NCBI RefSeq assembly: GCF_009914755.1
Contig: NC_060933.1
Strand: one strand, 5' to 3'
DNA from: the human T2T-CHM13v2.0 reference genome, Homo sapiens
DNA: 64,000 nt
Within the stretch, counting starts at the first letter, position 1, and every line of letters begins with the position of its first letter. The notes under the pieces are model-generated. The model was not told the DNA's origin. It searched no databases and worked only from the letters and a program-made list of their open reading frames with translations. Position numbers and translations under genes: made by a program. Positions 1 through 11,145 of this stretch are shown here, piece after piece.

Positions 1-395
1 GAATGGAAGGGAATAACTTGGAATCAACCCGAGTGGAATGGAATGGAAAGGACTGGAATGGAGTGGAATGGAATGGAATGGAATGGAATGGAATGGAATG
101 GAATCAACTTGATTGGAATGGAATGGAATTGAATGGTATGGAATGGAATGGAATCAACCCGACTGCAGGGGAATGGAATGGAATGGAATGCAATGGAATG
201 GATTCAACTTGAATGGAATGGAAAGAATGGAATCAACACGAGTGGAATGGCATGGATTGGAATGGAATGGAATGGAATCAACCCGAGTACAGGGGAATGG
301 AATGGTATGGAATGCAATGGAATGGAATCATCCGTAATGCAATGGAAAGGAAAGGAATGGAATGGAATGGAATGGAATGGAATGGAATGGAATCA

Positions 396-413
396 ACTCG
401 ATTGCAATCGAGT
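396..413. repeat. 18-bp perfect palindrome ACTCGATTGCAATCGAGT (extended form of the recurrent 14-bp TCGATTGCAATCGA)
   Basis: The sequence is its own reverse complement. The 14-bp core recurs at e.g. 4081, 5688, 10770, 13881, 18894, 22232, 24230 and later, roughly 25 copies in total. Confidence 0.95.
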
Positions 414-608
414 GGAATGGAATGGAATTAACCGGAATAGAATGGAATGGAATGGAATGGAACGGAACGGAACGGAATGGAATGGAATGAAATGGAATGG
501 AATGGAACGGAAAGGAATGGAATGGAATGGAATGGAATGGAATGGAATGGAATGGAATGGAATCAACGCGAGTGCAGGGTCATGGAATGGAATGGAATGC
601 AATGGAAT

Positions 609-623
609 GGAATCTTCCGGAAT
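609..623. promoter_or_regulatory. Perfect three-unit heat-shock element nGAAn-nTTCn-nGAAn (representative of ~37 copies)
   Basis: ggaat cttcc ggaat. Other starts: 1432, 3181, 3266, 4277, 4806, 9330, 11125, 11400, 18481, 24441, 25299, 26785, 29670, 30055, 31218, 33467, 34241, 35104, 35149, 38433, 39726, 40584, 41933, 44056, 45004, 45997, 47540, 48347, 49910, 50495, 51773, 53836, 55583, 58968, 60672, 62445. The motif match is direct; occupancy is inferred. Confidence 0.7.
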
Positions 624-999
624 GGAATGGAATTGAATGGAATGGAATGGAATGGAATGGAATAAACCCGAGTGCAATGGAATGGAGTGGAATGGAATGG
701 AATGGAATGGAACAACCCGAATGGAATGGATTGTAATGGAGACTAAGGGAGTTGAATAGAATCAATCCGAATGTAATGGAATGGAATGGAACGGAATGGA
801 ATTGAATGGAATGGAATGGGATGCAATGGAATGGAATCAACCCGAGTGCAATGGAATGGAGAGGAATGGAATGGAATGGAATGAAATCTACCCGAATGGA
901 ATGCAATGTAATTGAGTGTAAGGGAATTGAATAGAATTAATCCGAATGTAATGGAATGGAATGGAATGGAATGGAATGGAATGGAATGGAATGCAATGG

Positions 1000-3200
1000 A
1001 ATGGAATCAACCCGAGTGCAATCGAATGGAATCGAATGGAATGGAATGCAATGGAATGGATTCAACTTGAATGGAATGGAAAGAAAGGAATCAACACGAG
1101 TGGAAGGGCATGGATTGGAATGCAATGGAATGGAATCAACCCGAGTACAGGGGAATGGAATGGAATGGAATGCAATGGAATGGAATCATCCGTAATGGAA
1201 TGGAAAGGAATGGAATGGAATGGAATGGAATGGAATCAACACGATTGCAATCGAATGGAAAGGAATGGAATTAACCCGAATAGAATGGAATGGAATGGAA
1301 TGGAACGGAACGGAACGGAATGGAATGGAATGGAATGGAACGGAACAGAACGGAATGGAATGTAATGGAATGGAATGGAATGGAATCAACGCGAGTGCAG
1401 GGGAATGGAATGGAATGGAATGCAATGGAATGGAATCTTCCGGAATGGAATGGAATGGAATGGAATGGAATGAAATGCAATGGATTCAACTCGATTGCAA
1501 TGGAATGGCATAGAATGGAATGGAATGGAACGGAATGGAACGGAATGGAATGGAATGGAATGGAATGGAATGGAATGGTATGGAATGGAATGGAATGGTA
1601 CGGAATAGAATGGAATGGAACGAATTGTAATGGAATGGAATTGAATGGAATGGAATGGAATGGAATGGAATCAACGCGAGTGCAGGGGAATGTAATGGAA
1701 CGGAATGCAATGGAATGGAATCATCCGGAATGGAATGGAATGGAATGGAATGGAATCAACCCGACTACAATGGAATGGAGTGGAATGGAATGGAATGGAA
1801 TGGACCAACCCGAATGGAATGGAATGTAATGGAGAGTAAGGGAGTTGAATAGAATCAATCCGAATGTAATGGAATGGTATGCAACGGAATGGAATGGAAT
1901 GGAATGGAATGGAATGGAATGGAATGCAAAGGAATGGAATCAACCCGAGTGGAATGGCATGGAATGGAATGCAATGGAATGGAATGGAATGGAATCAACT
2001 CGAGTGGAAAGGAATGGAATGGAATGGAAAGGAATGGAATGAAATCAACTCGAGTGGAATGGAATGGAATGGAATAGATTGGAATGGATTGCAACGGAAT
2101 GAAATGGAATGGAATGGAATGGAATCAATCATTCCGAGTGGAATGGAAGGGAATGTAATGGAGTGCAAAGAAGGGAATGGAATCAACCCGATTGGAATGC
2201 AAGGCAATGGAATGGAATGGAAAGGAATGGAATGGAATCAACTCGATTGCAATGGAATGGAATGGAATGGAATGGAATTAACCGGAATAGAATGGAATGC
2301 AATGGAATGGAACGGAATGGAATGGAATGGAAGGTAATGGAATCAACACGAGTGCATGGGAATGGAATGGAATGGAATGCAATGGAATGGAATCATCCGG
2401 AATGTAATGGAATGGAATGGAATCAACTCCATTGCAATGGAATGGAATGGAATGGAATGCAATGGAATGGAATCAACTCGATTGGAATGGAATGGAATGG
2501 AATGGAATGGAATTAACCCGAATAGAATGGAATGGAATGGAATGGAAAGGAATGGAATGGAATGGAATGGAATGGAATGGAATGGAATGGACTGGAATCA
2601 ACCCGACTGCAGGGGAATGGAATGGAATGGAATGCAATGGAATGGATTCAACTTGAATGGAATGGAAAGAATGGAATCAACACGAGTGGAATGGCATGGA
2701 TTGGAATGGAATGGAATGGAATCACCCCGAGTACAGGGGAATGGAATGGAATGGAATGCAATGGAATGGAATCATCCGTAATGGAATGAAAGGAATGGAA
2801 TGGAATAGAATGGAATGGAATCAACTCGATTGCAATGGAATGGAATGGAATGGAATTACCCCGAATAGAATGGAATGGAATGGAATGGAACGGAACGGAA
2901 CGGAATGGAATGGATTGGAATGGAATGGAATGGAATGGAATGGAACGGAAAGGAATGGAATGGAATGGAATGGAATGGAATGGAATGGAATGGAATGGAA
3001 TCAACCCGAGTGCAATAGAATGGAGTGGAATGGAATGGAATGGAATGGAACAACCCGAATGGAATGGAATGTAATGGAGAGTAACGGAGTTGAAAAGAAT
3101 CAATCCGAATGTAATGGAATGGAAGGGAACGGAATGGAATGGAACGGAATGGAATGGAATGGAATGGAATGCAATGGAATGGAATCTTCCGGAATGCAAT
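1000..3200 (+). repeat. Copy 1 of a ~2.2-kb segment repeated at ~8900-11145 (near-identical) and ~24850-26420 (partial, more diverged)
   Basis: Identical translated ORFs at 1845..2042 and 9793..9990, and at 1655..1852 and 9603..9800 (offset 7948). Shared rare words: GGTATGCAACGG, CAATCATTCCGAG, GAGTGCAAAGAAGGG, CACCCCGAG, TTACCCCG. Confidence 0.9.
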
Positions 3201-4366
3201 GGAATGGAATCAACCCGAGTACAATGGAATGGAATGGAATGGAATGGAATGGAATGCAATGGAATGGAATCTTCCGGAATGGAATGGAATGGAATGGAAT
3301 GGAATGGAATGCAATGGATTCAACTAAATTGCAATGGAATGGAATGGAATGGAATGGAATGGAATGGAATGGAATTGAATTAAACCGAATAGAATGGAAT
3401 GGAATGGAATGGAACAGAACAGAACGGAACGGAACGGAACGGAGTGGAATGGAATGGAATGGAATTGTATGGAATGGAATGGAACGGTACGGAATAGAAT
3501 GGAATGGAAAGAATTGAATGGAATGGAATGGAATGGAATGGAATGGAATGGAATGGAATGGAATCAACCCGAGTGCAGGGGAATGTAATGGAACGGAATG
3601 CAATGGAATGGAATCATCCGGAATGGAATGGAATGGAATGGAATGGAATGGAATGGAATGGAATCAACCTGAGCGCAATGGAATGGAGTGGAATGGAATG
3701 GAATGGAATGGAACAACCCGAATGGAATGGAATGTAATGGAGAGTAAGGGAGTTGAATAAAATCAATCCGAATGTAATGGAATGGAACGCAATGGAATGG
3801 AATGGAATGGAATGGAATGGAATGGAATGGAATGCAATGGAATGGAATCAACCCGAGTGCAATCGAATGGAATCCAATGGAATGGAATGCAATGGAATGG
3901 ATTCAACTTGAATGGAATGGAAAGAATGGAATCATCACGAGTGGAATGGCATGGATTGGAATGGAATGGAATGGAATCAACCCGAGTATAGGGGAATGGA
4001 ATGGTATGGAATGCAATGGAGTGGAATCATCCGTAATGGAATGGAAAGGAATGGAATGGAATGAATGGAATGGAATCAACTCGATTGCAATCGAATGGAA
4101 TGGAATGGAATTAACCCGAATAGAATGGAATGGAATGGAATGGAACGGAACGGAATGGAATGTAAGGGGATGGAATGGAATGGAACGGAAAGGAAGGGAA
4201 TGGAATGGAATAGAATGGAATGGAATGGAATCAACGCGAGTGCAGGGGAATGGAATGGAATGGAATGCAATGGGATGGAATCTTCCGGAATGGAATGGAA
4301 TGGAATGGAATGGAATGGAATCAACCCGAGTGCAATGGAATGGAGTGGAATGGAATGGAATGCAAT

Positions 4367-4435
4367 GGAACAACCCGAATGGAATGGAATGTAATGGAGA
4401 GTAAGGGAGTTGAATAGAATCAATCCGAATGTAAT
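4367..4435 (+). repeat. Cassette X (representative): GGAACAACCCGAAT..GTAATGGAGAGTAAGGGAGTTGAATAGAATCAATCCGAATGTAAT
   Basis: Roughly 30 copies by manual count; among the most non-GGAAT-like conserved words in the array. Confidence 0.9.
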
Positions 4436-4540
4436 GGAATGGAATGGAACGGAATGGAATTGAATGGAATGGAATGGAATGCAATGGAATGGAATCAACC
4501 CGAGTGCAATGGAATGGAGAGGAATGGAATGGAATGGAAT

Positions 4541-4610
4541 GGAAACTACCCGAATGGAATGGAATGTAATGGAGTGTAAGGGAATTGAATATAATCAATC
4601 TGAATGTAAT
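4541..4610 (+). repeat. Cassette Y (representative), paralogue of X: GGAAACTACCCGAAT..GTAATGGAGTGTAAGGGAATTGAATAGAATCAATC; 5' subtypes CTACCC (Y1), CATCCC (Y2), CAACCAGAATGGATTGGAATATAAT (Y3)
   Basis: Roughly 45 copies by manual count. Y3 occurs at ~13510, 37482, 39210, 46953, 49298 and 58127. Confidence 0.9.
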
Positions 4611-7600
4611 GGAATGGAATGGAACGGAACGGAATGGAATGGAATGGCATGGAATGGAATGGAATGCAATGGAATGGAATGGAATGGAATGGAATGGAAC
4701 GGAACGGAACGGAACGGAACGGAATGGAATGGAATGGAATGGAATGGAATGGAATGGAATCAACGCGAGTGCAGGGGAATGGAATGGAATGGAATGCAAT
4801 GGAATGGAATCTTCCGGAATGGAATGGAATGGAATGGAATGGAATGGAATGAAATGCAATGGATTCAACTCGATTGCAATGGAATGGAATAGAATGGAAT
4901 GGAATGGAATGGAATGGAATTAACCAGAATAGAATGGAATGGAATGGAATGGAACGGAATGGAACGGAATGGAATGGAATGGTATGGAATGGAATGGAAT
5001 GGTACGGAATAGAATGGAATGGAACGAATTGTAATGGAATGGAATTGAATGGAATGGAAGGAATGGAATGGAATCAACGCGAGTGCAGGGAAATGTAATG
5101 GAACGGAATGCAATGGAATGGAATCATCCGGAATGGAATGGAATGGAATGGAATGGAATAGAATGGAATGGAATGGAATGGAATGGAATTAACCCGAATA
5201 GAATGGAATGGAATGGAATGGAACGGAACGGTACGGAACGGAACGGAACGGAATGGAATGGAATGGAATGGAATGGAATGGAATGGAATGGAATTTTATG
5301 GAATGGAATGGAATGGTACGGAATAGAATGGAATGGAAAGAATTGGAATGGAATGGAATCGAATGGAAGGGAATGGAATGGAATGGAATCAACCCGAGTG
5401 CAGGGGAATGTAAAGGAACGGAATGCAATGGAATGGAATGGAATGGAATGCAATGGAATGGAATGAACCCGAGTGCAATCGAATGGAATCGAATTGAATG
5501 GAACGCAATGGAATGGATTCAACTTGAATGGAATGGAAAGAAAGGAATCAACACGAGTGGAATGGCATGGATTGGAATGGAATGGAATGGAATCAACCCG
5601 AGTACAGGAGAATGGAATGGAATGGAATGCAATGGAATGGAATCATCAGTAATGGAATGGAAAGGAATGGAATGGAATGGAATGAACTCGATTGCAATCG
5701 AATGGAATGGAATGGAATGGAATTAACCTGAATAGAATGGAATGGAATGGAATGGAATGCAATGGATTCAACTCGATTGCAATGGAATGGAATAGAATGG
5801 AATGGAATGGAATGGAATGGAATTAACCCTAATAGAATGGAATGGAATGGAATGGAACGGAATGGAATGGAATGGAATGGAATGGAATGGTATGGAATGG
5901 AATGGAATGGTACGGAATAGAACGGAATGGAACGAATTGGAATGGAATGGAATCGAATGGAATGGAATGGAATGGAATGGAATCAACGCGAGTGCAGGGG
6001 AATGTAATAGAAGGGAATGCAATGGAATGGAATCATCCGGAATAGAATGGAATGGAATGGAGTGGAATGAAATCAACCCGAGTGCAATGGAATGGAGTGG
6101 AATGGAATGGAATGGAATGGAACAACCCGAATGGAATGGAATGTAATGGAGAGTCAGGGAGTTGAATAGAATCAATCCGAATGGAATGGAATGTAATTGA
6201 GAGTAAGGGAGTTGAATAGAATCAATCCGAATGTGATGGAATTGAATGGAACGGAATGGAATTGAATGGAATGGAATGGAATGCAATGGAATGGAATCAA
6301 CCCGAGTACAATGGAATGAAATGGAATGGAATGGAATGGAATGGAATGGAATGGAATGGAATTAAATGGAATGGAATGGCTTCAAACCGAATGGAATGGA
6401 AAGGAATGGAATCAACACGATTGGAATGGAATGGAATGGAATGGAATGGAATCAACTCGATTGCAATGGAATGGAATGGAATGGAATGGAATGGAATGGA
6501 ATGGAATGGAATTCACCCGAATAGAATGGAATGGAATGGAATGGAAAGGAATGGAAGGGAAGGAAATGGAATGTAATCAACCCGAGTGCAGGGGAATGGA
6601 ATGCAATGGAATGCAATCGAATGGAATCATCCGGAATGGAATGGAATGGAATGGAATCAACCCGATGCAATGGAATGGAGTGGAATGGAATGGAATGGAA
6701 TGGAAACATCCCGAATGGAATGGAATGTAATGGAGTGTAAGGGAATTGAATAGAATCAATCGGAATGTAATGTAATGGAATGGAATGAAATGGAATGGAA
6801 TGGAATGGAATGGAATCAACCCGAGTGCAATGGAATGGAGAGGAATGGAATGGAATGGAATGGAAACTACCCGAATGGAATAGAATGTAATGGAGTGTAA
6901 GGGAATTGAATAGAATCAATCGGAATGTAATGGAATGGAATGGAATGAAATGGAATGGAATGGAATGGAATGGAATCAACCCGAGTGCAATGGAATGGAT
7001 TCGAATGGAATGGAATGGAATGGAATGGATTCAACAAGAATGGAATGGAAAGGAATGGAATCAACCCGAGTGTAATGGCATGGAATGGAATGGAATGGAA
7101 TGGGATGGAATGGAATGGTACGGATTAGAATGGAATGGAATGAAATGGAATGGAATGGAATGGAATGGAATGGAATGGAATGGAATGAGCCCGTGTGCAA
7201 TGTAATGGAATGGAATGGTATGGAATGGATTCAACTCGAAAGGAATCAACTCGATTGCAATGGAATGGAATGGAATGGAAAGGAATAGAATGGAATCAAC
7301 CCGAGATGAATGGAATGGAAAGGACTGGAATGGAGTGGAATGGAATGGAATGGAATGGAATCAAATCGATTGGAATGCAATGGAATGGAATGGAATGGAA
7401 TGGAATGGAATCAACTCGATTGCAATGGAATGGAATGGAATGGAATGGAATGGAATGGAATGGAATTAACCCGAATAGAATGGAATGGAATGGAATGGAA
7501 CGGAATGTAATGGAATGAAATGGAATGGAATCAACCCGAGTGCAGGGGAATGGAATGGAATGGAAAGCAATGGAATGCAATCATCCGGAATGGAATGGAA

Positions 7601-7975
7601 TGGAATGGAATGGAATGGAATGGAATGGAATCAACTCCATTGCAATGGAATGGAATGGAATGGAAAGCAATGGAATGCAATCATCCGGAATGGAATGGAA
7701 TGGAATGGAAGGGAATGGTATGGAATGTAATCAACCCGAGTGCAGGGGAATGGAATGGAATGGAATGCATTGGAATGGAATCATCCGGAATGGAATGGAA
7801 TGGAATGGAATGCAATCAACCCGATGCAATGGAATGGAGTGGAATGGAATGGAATGGAATGGAAACATCCCGAATGGAATGGAATGTAATGCAGTGTAAG
7901 GGAACTGAATAGAATCAATCCGAATGTAATGGAATGGAATGGAATGAAATGGAATGGAACGGAATGGAATGGAAT

Positions 7976-8325
7976 CAACCCGAGTGCAATGGAAAGGATT
8001 CGAATGGAATGGAATGGAATGGAATGGATTCAACAAGAATGGAATGGAAAGGAATGGAATCAACCCGAGTGTAATGGCATGGAATGGAAAGGAATGGAAT
8101 GGAATGGGATGGAATGGAATGGTACGGAATAGAATGGAACGGAATGAAATGGAATGGAATGGAATCGAATGGAATGGAATGGAATGAACCCGTGTGCAAT
8201 GTAATGTAATGGAATGGAATGGAATGGATTCAACTCGAATGGAATCAACTCGATTGCAATGGAATGGAATGTAATGGAAAGGAATAGAATGGAATCAACC
8301 CTAGTGGAATGGAATGCAAAGGACT
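7976..8325 (+). repeat. Cassette W (representative): GGATTCGAAT...GATTCAACAAGAAT...CGAGTGTAATGGCAT...GAACCCGTGTGCAAT...GGACT
   Basis: The CAACAAGAA marker occurs at 7032, 8031, 16237, 17177, 21039, 28327 and 56976; partial copies of the 3' half lie at 59.5-61.3 kb. Confidence 0.85.
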
Positions 8326-8899
8326 GGAATGGAGTGGAATGGAATGGAATGGAATTAACCCGAATAGAATGGAATGGAATGGAATGGAACGGAATGGAAT
8401 GGATTCAACCCGAGTGCAGGGGAATGGAATGGAATGGAATGCAATTGAATGGAATCATCCGGAATGGAATGGAATGGAATGGAATGGAATCAACTCGATT
8501 TCAATGGAATGGAATGGAATAGAATGGAATGGAATTAACACGAATACAATGGAATGGAATGGAATGGAATGGAATGGAACGGAAAGGAATGGAATGGAAT
8601 GGAATGGAATCAACCCAAGTGGAGGGGAATGGAATGGAATGGAATTCAATGGAATGGAATCATCCGGAATGGAATGGAATGGAATGGAATGGAATGGAAT
8701 CGAATGGAATGGAATGGAATCAACCCGAGTGCAATGGAATGGAAAGGAATGGAATGGAATGGAATGGAAACTACCCGAATGGAATGGAATGTAATGGAGT
8801 GTAAGGGAATTGAATAGAATCAATCCGAATGTAATGGAATGGAATGGAAGGGAATGGAATGGAATGGAATGGAATGGAATGGAATGAAATGGAATGGAA

Positions 8900-11145
8900 T
8901 CAACACGAGTGCAATCGAATGGAATCGAATGGAATGGAATGCAATGGAATGGATTCAACTTGAATGGAATGGAAAGAAAGGAATCAACACGAGTGGAAGG
9001 GCATGGATTGTAATGCAATGGAATGGAATCAACCCGAGTACAGGGGAATGGAATGGAATGGAATGCAATGGAATGGAATCATCCGTAATGGAATGGAAAG
9101 GAATGGAATGGAATGGAATGGAATGGAATGGAATCAACACGATTGCAATCGAATGGAAAGGAATGGAATTAACCCGAATAGAATGGAATGGAATGGAATG
9201 GAACGGAACGGAACGGAATGGAATGGAATGGAATGGAACGGAACGGAACGGAATGGAAGGGAATGGAATGGAATGGAATGGAATCAACGCGAGTGCAGGG
9301 GAATGGAATGGAATGGAATGCAATGGAATGGAATCTTCCGGAATGGAATGGAATGGAATGGAATGGAATGAAATGCAATGGATTCAACTCGATTGCAATG
9401 GAATGGCATAGAATGGAATGGAATGGAATGGAATGGAATTAACACGAATAGAATGGAATGGAATGGAATGGAACGGAATGGAACGGAATGGAATGGAATG
9501 GAATGGAATGGAATGGAATGGAATGGTATGGAATGGAATGGAATGGTACGGAATAGAATGGAATGGAACGAATTGTAATGGAATGGAATTGAATGGAATG
9601 GAATGGAATGGAATGGAATCAACGCGAGTGCAGGGGAATGTAATGGAACGGAATGCAATGGAATGGAATCATCCGGAATGGAATGGAATGGAATGGAATG
9701 GAATCAACCCGACTACAATGGAATGGAGTGGAATGGAATGGAATGGAATGGACCAACCCGAATGGAATGGAATGTAATGGAGAGTAAGGGAGTTGAATAG
9801 AATCAATCCGAATGTAATGGAATGGTATGCAACGGAATGGAATGGAATGGAATGGAATGGAATGGAATGGAATGCAAAGGAATGGAATCAACCCGAGTGG
9901 AATGGCATGGAATGGAATGCAATGGAATGGAATGGAATGGAATCAACTCGAGTGGAAAGGAATGGAATGGAATGGAAAGGAATGGAATGAAATCAACTCG
10001 AGTGGAATGGAATGGAATGGAATAGATTGGAATGGATTGCAACGGAATGAAATGGAATGGAATGGAATGGAATCAATCATTCCGAGTGGAATGGAAGGGA
10101 ATGTAATGGAGTGCAAAGAAGGGAATGGAATCAACCCGATTGGAATGCAAGGCAATGGAATGGAATGGAAAGGAATGGAATGGAATCAACTCGATTGCAA
10201 TGGAATGGAATGGAATGGAATGGAATTAACCGGAATAGAATGGAATGGAATGGAATGGAACGGAATGGAATGGAATGGAATGGAAGGTAATGGAATCAAC
10301 ACGAGTGCAGGGGAATGGAATGGAATGGAATGCAATGGAATGGAATCATCCGGAATGTAATGGAATGGAATGGAATCAACTCCATTGCAAAGGAATGGAA
10401 TGGAATGGAATGCAATGGAATGGAATCAACTCGATTGGAATGGAATGGAATGGAATGGAATGGAATTAACCCGAATAGAATGGAATGGAATGGAATGGAA
10501 AGGAATGGAATGGAATGGAATGGAATGGAATGGAATGGAATCAACCCGACTGCAGGGGAATGGAATGGAATGGAATGCAATGGAATGGATTCAACTTGAA
10601 TGGAATGGAAAGAATGGAATCAACACGAGTGGAATGGCATGGATTGGAATGGAATGGAATGGAATCACCCCGAGTACAGGGGAATGGAATGGAATGGAAT
10701 GCAATGGAATGGAATCATCCGTAATGGAATGGAAAGGAATGGAATGGAATAGAATGGAATGGAATCAACTCGATTGCAATCGAATGGAATGGAATGGAAT
10801 TACCCCGAATAGAATGGAATGGAATGGAATGGAACGGAACGGAACGGAATGGAATGGATTGGAATGGAATGGAATGGAATGGAATGGAACGGAAAGGAAT
10901 GGAATGGAATGGAATGGAATGGAATGGAATGGAATGGAATGGAATCAACCCGAGTGCAATAGAATGGAGTGGAATGGAATGGAATGGAATGGAACAACCC
11001 GAATGGAATGGAATGTAATGGAGAGTAAGGGAGTTGAAAAGAATCAATCCGAATGTAATGGAATGAAAGGGAACGGAATGGAATGGAACGGAATGGAATG
11101 GAATGGAATGGAATGCAATGGAATGGAATCTTCCGGAATGCAATG
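8900..11145 (+). repeat. Copy 2 of the ~2.2-kb segment at 1000-3200
   Basis: Same rare variants in the same order; differences are mainly pentamer counts and a ~50-bp TAACACGAATAG block (~9439) missing from copy 1. Confidence 0.9.

Noticed and set aside
160-175. G-quadruplex potential at GCAGGGG / GTAAGGG
   Set aside because: Runs of three or more G are isolated and far apart; only weak two-tier GG patterns exist.
750-770. DUX4 site in GAATAGAATCAATC
   Set aside because: It differs from the TAA[T/C][T/C][T/C]AATCA consensus at about three positions; DUX4 binding is associated with HSat2.
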